Source: Eledone cirrhosa (lineage: Eukaryota). Taken from it: a stretch of 64,000 bases of DNA. This document shows positions 39,401-52,808 of this stretch, piece by piece. The stretch's first letter is position 1. Every line of letters begins with the position of its first letter. Position numbers and translations under genes: made by a program. Below the pieces are notes generated by a model. It searched no databases and had not been told where the DNA came from. It saw only the letters and a program-made list of their open reading frames with translations. Location of the stretch: NCBI GenBank assembly GCA_964016885.1, contig OZ024745.1, forward strand, positions 84,382,001-84,446,000, in the 5' to 3' direction.

Positions 39401-42400
39401 ATTTCGTTTCATTTTTTCCGTTTATCGTTTTCGGTGCACCCGGCCGATTAACCCACTCGATATTCAAATTAGTCTACTCCGCCGTTAATATGCATAAGGA
39501 AAGTATATACTTTCGGACGTTCAATCGTCTGGCAGGATATTATACGTTGCTGACGATAGCTAATAAGCTTGAAACTAGTACAACGTTCCTTTGTCAGTGT
39601 TGAACAAACGAGCAACGGTGGTTTGCTAGACACTACGGCTTAATACAGGATGTTTGTTTACAAACAAAGCGAGCATTATAATAAATGTTCGGTGAATCCA
39701 TACGTACATATATATATATGTGTGCATGTATGTATATATATATACATACTACTGTACGTCTGTATACATATATGTATGTACGTATACATACTTATATTTA
39801 AGTAACAGCCGTACTAAGAGTGGGATATGAAATTTCGTTTCATTTTCCGTTTATCGTTTTCGGTGCACTCGGTCGATTAACCCACTTGATATGCAAATTA
39901 GGCTACACAACCGTTAATATGCATAAGGAAACTATATACTTTCGGACGTTCAATCATCTGGCAGGTAGGTATACGTTGCTGACGATAGCTAATAAGCTTG
40001 AAACTATTACCGCGTTCCTTTGTCAGTGTTGAACAAACGAGCAACGGTGCTTTGCTAGACACTACGGCTGAATACAGGATGTTTGTTTACAAACACACCG
40101 AGCATTATAATAAATGTTCGGTGAATCAATACGTACATATATATATGTGTGCATGTATGTATATATATATATACTTAGTACTATACGTCTGTATACATAT
40201 ATGTATGTACGTATACATACTTATATTTAAGTAACAGCCGTACTAAGAGTGGGAAATGAAACTTTGTTTCATATTTCCGTTTATCGTTTTCGGTGCACTC
40301 GGTCGATTAATCCACTTGATATGCAAATTGGGCTACTCAGCCGTTAATATGCATAAGGACAGTATATACTTTGGGACGTTCAATCATCTGGCAGGAAGGT
40401 ATGCGTTGCTGACGATAGCTAATAAGCTTGAAATTAGTACAGCGTTCCTTTGTCAGTGTTGAACAAACGAGTAACGGTGGTTGCTAACACTACGGCTTAA
40501 TCCGGGATGCTTGTTTACAAAAACACCGAGAATTATAATAACTGCTCGGTGAATCCATACGTACATATATATACGTGTGCATGTATGTATATATATATAC
40601 ATACTACTGTACGTCTGTATAAATTTATGTATGTACGTATACATACTTATATTTAAGTAACAGCCGTACTAAGAGTGGGATATGAAATTTCGTTTCATTT
40701 TTCCGTTGATCGTTTTCGGTACACTCGGTCGATTAACCCACTTGATAAGCAAATTGGGCTCCTCTGCTGTTAATATGCATAAGGAAAGTATATACTTTCG
40801 GACGTTCAATTATCTGGCAGGAAGGTATACGTTGATGACGATAGCTAATAAGCTTGAAACTAGTACAGCGTTCCTTTGTCAGTGTTGAACAAACGAGCAA
40901 CGGTGGTTTGTTGGACACTACGGCTTAATACGGAAAGTTGGTTTACAAACATGCCGAGCATTATAATAAATGCTCGGTGAATCCATAGGTACATATATAT
41001 ATGTGTGCATGTATGTATATATATATACATACTACTGTACGTCTGTATACATATATGTATGTACGTATACATACTTATATTTAAGTAACAGCCGTACTAA
41101 GAGTGGGAAATGAAATTTCGTTTCATTTTTCCGTTTATCGTTTTCGGTGCACTCGGTCGATTAACCCACTTGATATGCAAATTGGCCTACTCAGCCGTTA
41201 ATATGCATAAGGACAGTATATACTTTCGGACGTTCGATCATCTGGCAGGATGGTATACGTTGCTGACGATAGCTCATATGCTTGAAACTAATACAGCGTT
41301 CCTTTGTCTTGTTGAACAAACGAACAACGGTGGTTACTAGACACTACGGCTTAATACTTGATGTTTGTTTACAAACACACCGATACTTATAATAAATGTT
41401 CGGTGAATCCATACGTACATATATATATGTGTGCATGTATGTATATATATATACATACTACTCCGCGTCTGTATACATATATGTATGTACGTATACATAC
41501 TTATATTTAAGTAACAGCCGTACTAAGAGTGGGAAATGAAATTTCGTTTCATTTTTCCGTTCATCGTTGTCGGTGCACTCGGTCGATTAACCCACTTGAT
41601 ATGCAAATTAGGTTACTCAACCGTTAATATGCATAAGGACACTATATACTTTCGGACGTTCAATCATCTGGCAGGTAGGTATACATTGCTGACGATAGCT
41701 AATAAGCTTGAAACTAGTACCGCGTCCCTTTGTCAGTGTTGAACAAACGAGCAACGGTGGTTTGCTAGACACTACGGCTTAATACCGGATGTTTGTTTAC
41801 AAACACACCGAGCATTATAATAAATGTTCGGTGAATCAATACGTACATATATATATGTGTGCATGTACGTATATATATATATACTTAGTACTATACGTCT
41901 GTATACATATATGTATGTACGTATACATACTTATATTTAAGTAACAGCCGTACTATGAGTGGGATATGAAATTTCGTTTCATTTTTCCGTTGATCGCTTT
42001 CGGTGCACTCGGTCGATTAACCCACTTGTTAAGCAAATTGGGCTACTCTGCCGTTAATATGCATAAGGAAAGTATATACTTTCGGACGTTCAATTATCTG
42101 GCAGGAAGGTATACTTTGCTGACGATAGCTAATAAGCTTGAAACTAGTACAGCGTTCCTTTGTCAGTGTTGAACAAACGAGCAACGGTGGTTTGCTAGAC
42201 ACTACGGCTTAATACCGGATGTTTGTTTACAAACACACCGAGCATTATAATAAATGTTCGGTGAATCCATACGTACATATATATATGTGTGCAAGTATGT
42301 ATATATATATACATACTACTGTGCGTCTGTATACATATATGTATGTACGTATACATACTTATATTTAAGTAACAGCCGTACTAAGTGTGGGAATTGAAAT

Positions 42401-45400
42401 TTCGTTTCATTTTTCCGTTTATCGTTTTCGGTGCACCCGGCCGATTAACCCATTCGATATGCAAATTGGGCTACTCTGCCGTTAATATGCATAAGGAAAG
42501 TATATACTTTCGGACGTTCAATCATCTGGCAGGATGGTATACGTTGCTGACGATAGCCAATAAGCTTGAAACTAGTACAGCGTTCCTTTGTCAGTGTTGA
42601 ACAAACGAGCAACCATGGTTTGTTGGACACTACGGCTTAATACTGAAAGTTGGTTTACAAACACGCCGAGCATAATAATAAATGCTCGGTGAATCCATAG
42701 GTACATATATATATGTGTGCATGTATGTATATATATATACATACTACTGTACGTCTGTATACATATATTTATGTACGTATACATACTTATATTTAAGTAA
42801 CAGCCGTACTAAGAGTGGGAAATGAAATTTCGTTTCATTTTTTCCATTTATCGTTTTCGGTGCACCCGGCCGATTAACCCACTCGATATGCAAATTAGTC
42901 TACTCCGCCGTTAATATGCATAAGGAAAGTATATACTTTCGGACGTTCAATCATCTGGCAGGATGTTATACGTTGCTGACGATAGCTAATAAGCTTGAAA
43001 CTAGTACAACGTTCCTTTGTCAGTGTTGAACAAACGAGCAACGGTGGTTTGCTAGACACTACGGCTTAATACGGGATGTTTGTTTACAAACACTGCGAGC
43101 ATTATAATAAATGTTCGGTGAATCCATACGTACATATATATGTGTGCATGTATGTATATATATATACATACTACTGTACGTCTGTATACATATATGTATG
43201 TACGTATACATACTTATATTTAAGTAACAGCCGTACTAAGAGTGGGAAATGAAATTTTGTTTCATATTTCCGTTTATCGTTTTCGGTGCACTCGGTCGAT
43301 TAACCCACTTGATATGCAAATTTGGCTACTCAGCCGTTAATATGCATATGGACAGTATATACTATGGGACGTTCAATCATCTGGCAGGAAGGTATGCGTT
43401 GCTGACGATAGCTAATAAGCTTGAAATTAGTATCGCGTTCCTTTGTCAGTGTTGAACAAACGAGTAACGGTGGTTGCTAGACACTACGGCTTAATCCGGG
43501 ATGCTTGTTTACAAAAACACCGAGAATTATAATAACTGCTCGGTGAATCCATACGTACATATATATATATGTGTGCATGTATGTATATATATATACATAC
43601 TACTGTACGTCTGTATACATATATGTATGTACGTATACATACTTACATTTAAGTAACAGCCGTACTAAGAGTGGGATATGAAATTTCGTTTCATTTTTCC
43701 GTTGATCGTTTTCGGTGCACTCGGTCGATTAACCCTCTTGATAAGCAAATTGGGCTCCTCAGCCGTTAATATGCATAAGGAAAGTATATACTTTCGGACG
43801 TTCAATTATCTGGCAGGAAGGTATACGTTGCTGACGATAGCTAATAAGCTTGAAACTAGTACAGCGTTCCTTTGTCAGTGTTGAACAAATGAGCAACGGT
43901 GGTTTGCTAGACACTACGGCTGAATACGGGATGTTTGTTTACAAACACACCGAGCATTATAATAAATGTTCGGTGAATCAATACGTACATATATATATGT
44001 GTGCATGTACGTATATATATATATACTTAGTACTATACGTCTGTATACATATATGTATGTACGTATACATACTTATATTTAAGTAACAGCCGTACTATGA
44101 GTGGGATATGAAATTTCGTTTCATTTTTCCGTTGATCGCTTTCGGTGCACTCGGTCGATTAACCCACTTGTTAAGCAAATTGGGCTACTCTGCCGTTAAT
44201 ATGCATAAGGAAAGTATATACTTTCGGACGTTCAATTATCTGGCAGGAAGGTATACTTTGCTGACGATAGCTAATAAGCTTGAAACTAGTACAGCGTTCC
44301 TTTGTCAGTGTTGAACAAACGAGCAACGGTGGTTTGCTAGACACTACGGCTTAATACCGGATGTTTGTTTACAAACACACCGAGCATTACAATAAATGTT
44401 CGGTGAATCCATACGTACATATATATATGTGTGCATGTATGTATATATATATACATACTACTGTGCGTCTGTATACATATATGTATGTACGTATACATAC
44501 TTATATTTAAGTAACAGCCGTACTAAGTGTGGGAATTGAAATTTCGTTTCATTTTTCCGTTTATCGTTTTCGGTGCACCCGGCCGATTAACCCACTCGAT
44601 ATGAAAATCGGGCTATTCAGCCGTTAATATGCATAAGGAAACTATATACTTTCGGACGTTCAATCATCTGGCAGGAAGGTATGCGTTGCTGACGATAGCT
44701 AATAAGCTTGAAATTAGTACAGCGTTCCTTTGTCAGTGTTGAACAAACGAGCAACGGTGGTTGCTAGACTCTACGGCTTAATCCGGGATGCTTGTTTACA
44801 AACACACCGAGAATTATAATAACTGCTCGGTGAATCCATACGTACATATATATACGTGTGCATGTATGTATATATACATACTACTGTACGTCTGTATACA
44901 TATATGTATGTACGTATACATACTTATATTTAAGTAACAGCCGTACTAAGCGTGGGAAAAGAAATTTCGTTTCATTTTTCCGTTTATCGTTTTCAGTGCA
45001 CCCGGTCGATTAACCCATTCGATATGCAAATTGGGCTACTCTGCCGTTAATATGCATAAGGAAAGTATATACTTTCGGACGTTCAATCATCTGGCAGGAT
45101 GGTATACGTTGCTGACGATAGCCAATAAGCTTGAAACTAGTACAGCGTTCCTTTGTCAGTGTTGAACAAACGAGCAACCATGGTTTGTTGGACACTACGG
45201 CTTAATACTGAAAGTTGGTTTACAAACACGCCGAGCATAATAATAAATGCTCGGTGAATCCATAGGTACATATATATATGTGTGCATGTATGTATATATA
45301 TATACATACTACTGTACGTCTGTATACATATATTTATGTACGTATACATACTTATATTTAAGTAACAGCCGTACTAAGAGTGGGAAATGAGATTTCGTTT

Positions 45401-48400
45401 CATTTTTTCCATTTATCGTTTTCGGTGCACCCGGCCGATTAACCCACTCGATATGCAAATTAGTCTACTCCGCCGTTAATATGCATAAGGAAAGTATATA
45501 CTTTCGGACGTTCAATCATCTGGCAGGATGTTATACGTTGCTGACGATAGCTAATAAGCTTGAAACTAGTACAACGTTCCTTTGTCAGTGTTGAACAAAC
45601 GAGCAACGGTGGTTTGCTAGACACTACGGCTTAATACGGGATGTTTGTTTACAAACACTGCGAGCATTATAATAAATGTTCGGTGAATCCATACGTACAT
45701 ATATATGTGTGCATGTATGTATATATATATACATACTACTGTACGTCTGTATACATATATGTATGTACGTATACATACTTATATTTAAGTAACAGCCGTA
45801 CTAAGAGTGGGAAATGAAATTTTGTTTCATATTTCCGTTTATCGTTTTCGGTGCACTCGGTCGATTAACCCACTTGATATGCAAATTTGGCTACTCAGCC
45901 GTTAATATGCATATGGACAGTATATACTATGGGACGTTCAATCATCTGGCAGGAAGGTATGCGTTGCTGACGATAGCTAATAAGCTTGAAATTAGTACCG
46001 CGTTCCTTTGTCAGTGTTGAACAAACGAGTAACGGTGGTTGCTAGACACTACGGCTTAATCCGGGATGCTTGTTTACAAAAACACCGAGAATTATAATAA
46101 CTGCTCGGTGAATCCATACGTACATATATATATATGTGTGCATGTATGTATATATATATACATACTACTGTACGTCTGTATACATATATGTATGTACGTA
46201 TACATACTTACATTTAAGTAACAGCCGTACTAAGAGTGGGATATGAAATTTCGTTTCATTTTTCCGTTGATCGTTTTCGGTGCACTCGGTCGATTAACCC
46301 TCTTGATAAGCAAATTGGGCTCCTCTGCCGTTAATATGCATAAGGAAAGTATATACTTTCGGACGTTCAATTATCTGGCAGGAAGGTATACGTTGCTGAC
46401 GATAGCTAATAAGCTTGAAACTAGTACAGCGTTCCTTTGTCAGTGTTGAACAAATGAGCAACGGTGGTTTGCTAGACACTACGGCTGAATACGGGATGTT
46501 TGTTTACAAACACACCGAGCATTATAATAAATGTTCGGTGAATCCATACGTACATATATATATGGGTGCATGTATGTATATATATATATATATATATACA
46601 TACTACTATACGTCTGTATACATATATGTATGTACGTATACATACTTATATTTAAGTAACAGCCGTACTAAGTGTGGGAAATGAAATTTCGCTCCATCTT
46701 TCCGTCTATCGTTTTCGGTGCACCCGGCCGATTAACCCACTCGATATGCAAATTGGGCTACTCAGCCGTTATTATGCAAAAGGATAGTATATACTTTCGG
46801 ACCTTCAATTATCTGGCAGGAAGGTATACGTTGCTGACGGTAGCTAATAAGCTTGAAACTAGTACAGCGTTCCTTTGTCAGTGTTGAACAAACGAGCAAC
46901 GGCGGTTACTTGACACTACGGCTTAATACGGGATGTTTGTTTACAAACACAGCGAGCATTATAATAAATGTTCGGTGAATCCATACGTACATATATATAT
47001 ATATGTGTGCATGTATGTATATATATATACATACTACTGTACGTCTGTATACATATATGTATGTACGTATACATACTTATATTTAAGTAACAGCCGTACT
47101 AAGAGTGGGAAATGAAATTTTGTTTCATATTTCCGTTTATCGTTTTCGGTGCACTCGGTCGATTAACCCACTTGATATGCAAATTTGGCTACTCAGCCGT
47201 TAATATGCATAAGGACAGTATATACTTTGGGACGTTCAATCATCTGGCAGGAAGGTATGCGTTGCTGACGATTGCTAATAAGCTTGAAATTAGTACAGCG
47301 TTCCTTTGTCAGTGTTGAACAAACGAGTAACGGTGGTTGCTAGACACTACGGCTTAATCCGGGATGCTTGTTTACAAAAACACCGATACTTATAATAAAT
47401 GTTCGGTGAATCCATACGTACATATATATATGTGTGCATGTATGTATATATATATACATACTACTGTGCGTCTGAATACATATATGTATGTACGTATACA
47501 TATTTATATTTAAGTAACAGTCGTACTAAGTGTGGGAAATGAAATTTCGCTCAATTTTTTCCGTTTATCGTTTTCGGTGCATCCGGCCGATTAACCCACT
47601 CGATATGCATATTGGTCTACTCAGCCGTTAATATGCATAAGGAAAGTATATAATTTCGGACGTTCAATCATCTGGCAGGAAGGTATACGCTGCTGACGGT
47701 AGCTAATAAGCTGGAAACTAGTACAGCGTTCCTTTGTCAGTGTTGAACAAACGAGCAACGGTGGTTTGCTAGACACTACGGCTTAATACGGGATGTTTGT
47801 TTACAAACACACCGAGCATTAAAATAAATGTTCGGTGAATCCATACGTACATATATATATATGTGCATGTATGTATATATATATACATACTACTGTACGT
47901 CTGTATACATATATGTATGTACGTATACATACTTATATTTAAGTAACAGCCGTACTAAGAGTGGGAAATGAAATTTCGCTCCATTATTTCTGTTTATCGT
48001 TTTCGGTGCATCCGGCCGATTAACCCACTCGAATTGCATATTGGTCTACTCAGCCGTTAATATGCATAAGGAAAGTATATACTTTCGGACGTTCAATCAT
48101 CTGGCAGGAAGGTATACGTTGCTGACGATAGCTAATAAGCTTGAAACTAGTACAGCGTTCCTTTGTCAGTGTTGAACAAACGAGCAACGGTGGTTACTAG
48201 ACTATACGGCTTAATACTTGATGTTTGTTTACAAACACACCGATACTTATAATAAATGTTTGGTGAATCCATACGTACATATATATATGTGTGCATGTAT
48301 GTATATATATATACATACTACTGTGCGTCTGTATACATATATGTATGTACGTATACATACTTATATTTAAGTAACAGCCGTACTAAGAGTGGGAAATGAA

Positions 48401-51400
48401 ATTTCGTTTCATTTTTTCCGTTTATCGTTTTCGGTGCACCCGGCCGATTAACCCACTCGATATGAAAATTGGGCTATTCAGCCGTTAATATGCATAAGGA
48501 AACTATTTACTTTCGGACGTTCAATCATCTGGCAGGATGGTATGCGTTGCTGACGATAGCTAATAAGCTTAAAATTAGCACAGCGTTCCTTTGTAAGTGT
48601 TGAACAAACGGGTAACGGTGGTTGCTAACACTACGTCTTAATCCGGGATGCTTGTTTACAAAAACACCGAGAATTATAATAACTGCTCGGTGAATCCATA
48701 CGTACATATATATACGTGTGCATGTATGTATATATATACATACTACTGTACGTCTGTATACATATATGTATGTACGTATACATACTTATAATTAAGTAAC
48801 AGCCGTACTAAGAGTGGGAAATGAAATTTTGTTTCATATTTCCGTTTATCGTTTTCGGTGCACTCGGTCGATTAACCCACTTGATATGCAAATTTGGCTA
48901 CTCAGCCGTTAATATGCATAAGGACAGTATATACTTTGGGACGTTCAATCATCTGGCAGGAAGGTATGCGTTGCTGACGATTGCTAATAAGCTTGAAATT
49001 AGTACAGCGTTCCTTTGTCAGTGTTGAACAAACGAGTAACGGTGGTTGCTAGACACTACGGCTTAATCCGGGATGCTTGTTTACAAAAACACCGATACTT
49101 ATAATAAATGTTCGGTGAATCCATACGTACATATATATATGTGTGCATGTATGTATATATATATACATACTACTGTGCGTCTGAATACATATATGTATGT
49201 ACGTATACATATTTATATTTAAGTAACAGTCGTACTAAGTGTGGGAAATGAAATTTCGCTCAATTTTTTCCGTTTATCGTTTTCGGTGCATCCGGCCGAT
49301 TAACCCACTCGATATGCATATTGGTCTACTCAGCCGTTAATATGCATAAGGAAAGTATATAATTTCGGACGTTCAATCATCTGGCAGGAAGGTATACGCT
49401 GCTGACGGTAGCTAATAAGCTGGAAACTAGTACAGCGTTCCTTTGTCAGTGTTGAACAAACGAGCAACGGTGGTTTGCTAGACACTACGGCTTAATACGG
49501 GATGTTTGTTTACAAACACACCGAGCATTAAAATAAATGTTCGGTGAATCCATACGTACATATATATATATGTGCATGTATGTATATATATATACATACT
49601 ACTGTACGTCTGTATACATATATGTATGTACGTATACATACTTATATTTAAGTAACAGCCGTACTAAGAGTGGGAAATGAAATTTCGCTCCATTATTTCT
49701 GTTTATCGTTTTCGGTGCATCCGGCCGATTAACCCACTCGAATTGCATATTGGTCTACTCAGCCGTTAATATGCATAAGGAAAGTATATACTTTCGGACG
49801 TTCAATCATCTGGCAGGAAGGTATACGTTGCTGACGATAGCTAATAAGCTTGAAACTAGTACAGCGTTCCTTTGTCAGTGTTGAACAAACGAGCAACGGT
49901 GGTTACTAGACTATACGGCTTAATACTTGATGTTTGTTTACAAACACACCGATACTTATAATAAATGTTTGGTGAATCCATACGTACATATATATATGTG
50001 TGCATGTATGTATATATATATACATACTACTGTGCGTCTGTATACATATATGTATGTACGTATACATACTTATATTTAAGTAACAGCCGTACTAAGAGTG
50101 GGAAATGAAATTTCGTTTCATTTTTTCCGTTTATCGTTTTCGGTGCACCCGGCCGATTAACCCACTCGATATGAAAATTGGGCTATTCAGCCGTTAATAT
50201 GCATAAGGAAACTATTTACTTTCGGACGTTCAATCATCTGGCAGGATGGTATGCGTTGCTGACGATAGCTAATAAGCTTAAAATTAGCACAGCGTTCCTT
50301 TGTAAGTGTTGAACAAACGGGTAACGGTGGTTGCTAACACTACGTCTTAATCCGGGATGCTTGTTTACAAAAACACCGAGAATTATAATAACTGCTCGGT
50401 GAATCCATACGTACATATATATACGTGTGCATGTATGTATATATATACATACTACTGTACGTCTGTATACATATATGTATGTACGTATACATACTTATAA
50501 TTAAGTAACAGCCGTACTATGAGTGGGAAATGAAATTTCGCTCCATTTTTACCGTTTATCGTTTTCGGTGAAACCGGCCGATTAACCCACTCTATATGAA
50601 AATTGGGCTACTCAGCCGTTAATATGCATAAGGAAAGTATATACTTTCAGACGTTCAATCATCTGGCAGGAAGGTATACGTTGCTGACGATAGCTAATAA
50701 GCTTGAAACTTGTACAGCGTTCCTTTGTCAGTGTTGAACAAATGAGCAACGGTGGTTACTAGACACTACGGCTTAATACTTGATGTTTATTTACAAACAC
50801 ACCGATACTTATAATAAATGTTCGGTGAATCCATACGTACATATATATATGTGTGCATGTATGTATATATATATACATACTACTGTGCCTCCGTATACAT
50901 TTAAGTATGTACGTATACATACTTATAATTAAGTAACAGCCGTACTAAGAGTGGGAAAGGAAATTTCGTTTCATTTTTTCCGTTTATTGTTTTCGGTGCA
51001 CCCGGCCGATTAACCCACTCGACATGCAATTTGGGCTACACAGCCGTTAATATGCATAAGGAAACTTTATACTTTCGGACCTTCAATAATCTGGCAGGAA
51101 GGTATACGTTGCTGACGATAGCTAAAAAGCTTGAAACTAGTACAGCGTTCCTTTGTCAGTGTTGAACAAACGAGCAACGGTGGTTTGCTAGACACTACGG
51201 CTTAATACGGGATGTTTGTTTACAAACACACAGAGCATTATAATAAATGTTCGGTAAATCCATACGTACATATATATATATGTGCATGTATGTATATATA
51301 TATATACATACTTCTGTACGTCTGTATACATATATGTACGTACGTATACATACTTATATTTAAGTAACAGCCGTACTAAGAGTGGGAAATGAAATTTCGT

Positions 51401-51510
51401 TTCATTTTACCGTTTATCGTTTTCGGTGCACTCGGTCGATTACCCCACTTGATATGCAAATTGGGCTACTCAGCCGTTAATATGCATAAGGAAACTATAT
51501 ACTTTCGGAC

Positions 51511-51597
51511 GTTCAATCATCTGGCAGGATGGTATACGTTGCTGACGATAGCTAATAAGCTTGAAACTAGTACAGCGTTCTTTTGTCAGTGTTGAAC
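51511..51597 (+). ncRNA. Last hammerhead copy of the array
   Basis: ACGTTG-CTGACGA(51542-51548)-TAGCTAATAAGCTT-GAAA-CTAGTA|CAGCGT; predicted cleavage after 51572. Confidence 0.8.
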
Positions 51598-51780
51598 AAA
51601 CGAGCAACGGTGGTTGCTAGACACAACGGCTTAATACGGGATGTTTGTTTACAAACACACCGAGCATTATAATAAATGTTTGGTGAATCCATACGTACAT
51701 ATATATAGTTTGCATGTATGTATATATATATACATGCTACTGTACGTCTGTATACATATATGTATGTACGTATACATACC

Positions 51781-51972
<192 letters not shown>

Positions 51973-52808
51973 AATCATATAACGTTGGCAAAAAAGAACG
52001 GGTTAAATTACAAATCGGACGGACAGCATAAAACGTCTTCTGTTGCCGTGTTTTTTGTTGTAAGTATAAAAGAAAGCAAAATTGCAGACATCTTTAGGCT
52101 TTGTCAAGAGTTTGAAATCTAAAACTGATTCATCGAATACTTGCCGACATTGAATACGAGAAACTGCTTCACACATACAGTGAGATGTGGTTCTTCAGAA
52201 AAATATATAACTCATTTAGAATATAATGGTATAGGTGCAGGAGAGACTGTGACACAAAGTTTTTCTGGTGTAATATTGATGTAGAGTAACATTAGAATTT
52301 ATGTCAGTCTTTCCAAACATGATTTCATAAACGTATTATGTTGTCTACTTTCAGTATTTCCTTAGTGTTGGAGGGAAGGGTGATTTTCCTCCCAAGTTAT
52401 TCGGTATTGTGTTGCATAATAATTTATTTGTTTTGTTTGTTATGTTATTGTTTCTTTCTTGTAATATTTTTCTTTATAAGTTTTAAAGTTTTCCCCCATA
52501 CATTTCTTCATATATATATATATATATATATATATTCACACACACTTGAGTGTTTTGTATAGATAGATAGATAGATTTTTTATTAGCCACAAGGGCGCAC
52601 AAGAAAAGGGGAGAAAACGAAGACATGCCGGGGATTTTACATACAATCGTGTACAAAAATATAAAACAAACAATTATAACAATTGAAATCCCCAATAGGG
52701 GGGAAGCGCCACAAATGGGTTGTTTAAAACCCCGTCGATAGAACAACCCTCAACTTCAGGAGCGTGTTGTGCAAGTGCTCTTTTCTTCCTTTTGCTTTCT
52801 TCTTCAAC

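Larger units (their letters stand above)
4097..51779 (+). repeat. Tandem satellite of ~428-430-bp monomers (~111 copies), each with a type I hammerhead motif: putative non-LTR retrozyme array
   Basis: Homologous positions recur every ~429 bp (e.g. 16682, 17111, 17540). The monomer contains CTGACGA...GAAACTAGTA, several palindromes, an octamer and a TA/CA-rich segment. Confidence 0.97.

Noticed and set aside
294-51595. Recurrent 68-aa ORF MKFRFIFPFIVFG...TAFLCQC as a tandem small-peptide gene family
   Set aside because: It is broken by stops or frameshifts in many monomers and has no recognisable domain. Its apparent conservation is explained by repeat homogenisation and the overlapping ribozyme.
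4097-51779. CRISPR array, or 5S/tRNA/snRNA gene cluster
   Set aside because: No unique spacers or cas genes, and the context is eukaryotic. No 5S, tRNA cloverleaf or Sm-site snRNA sequence was recognised in the monomer.
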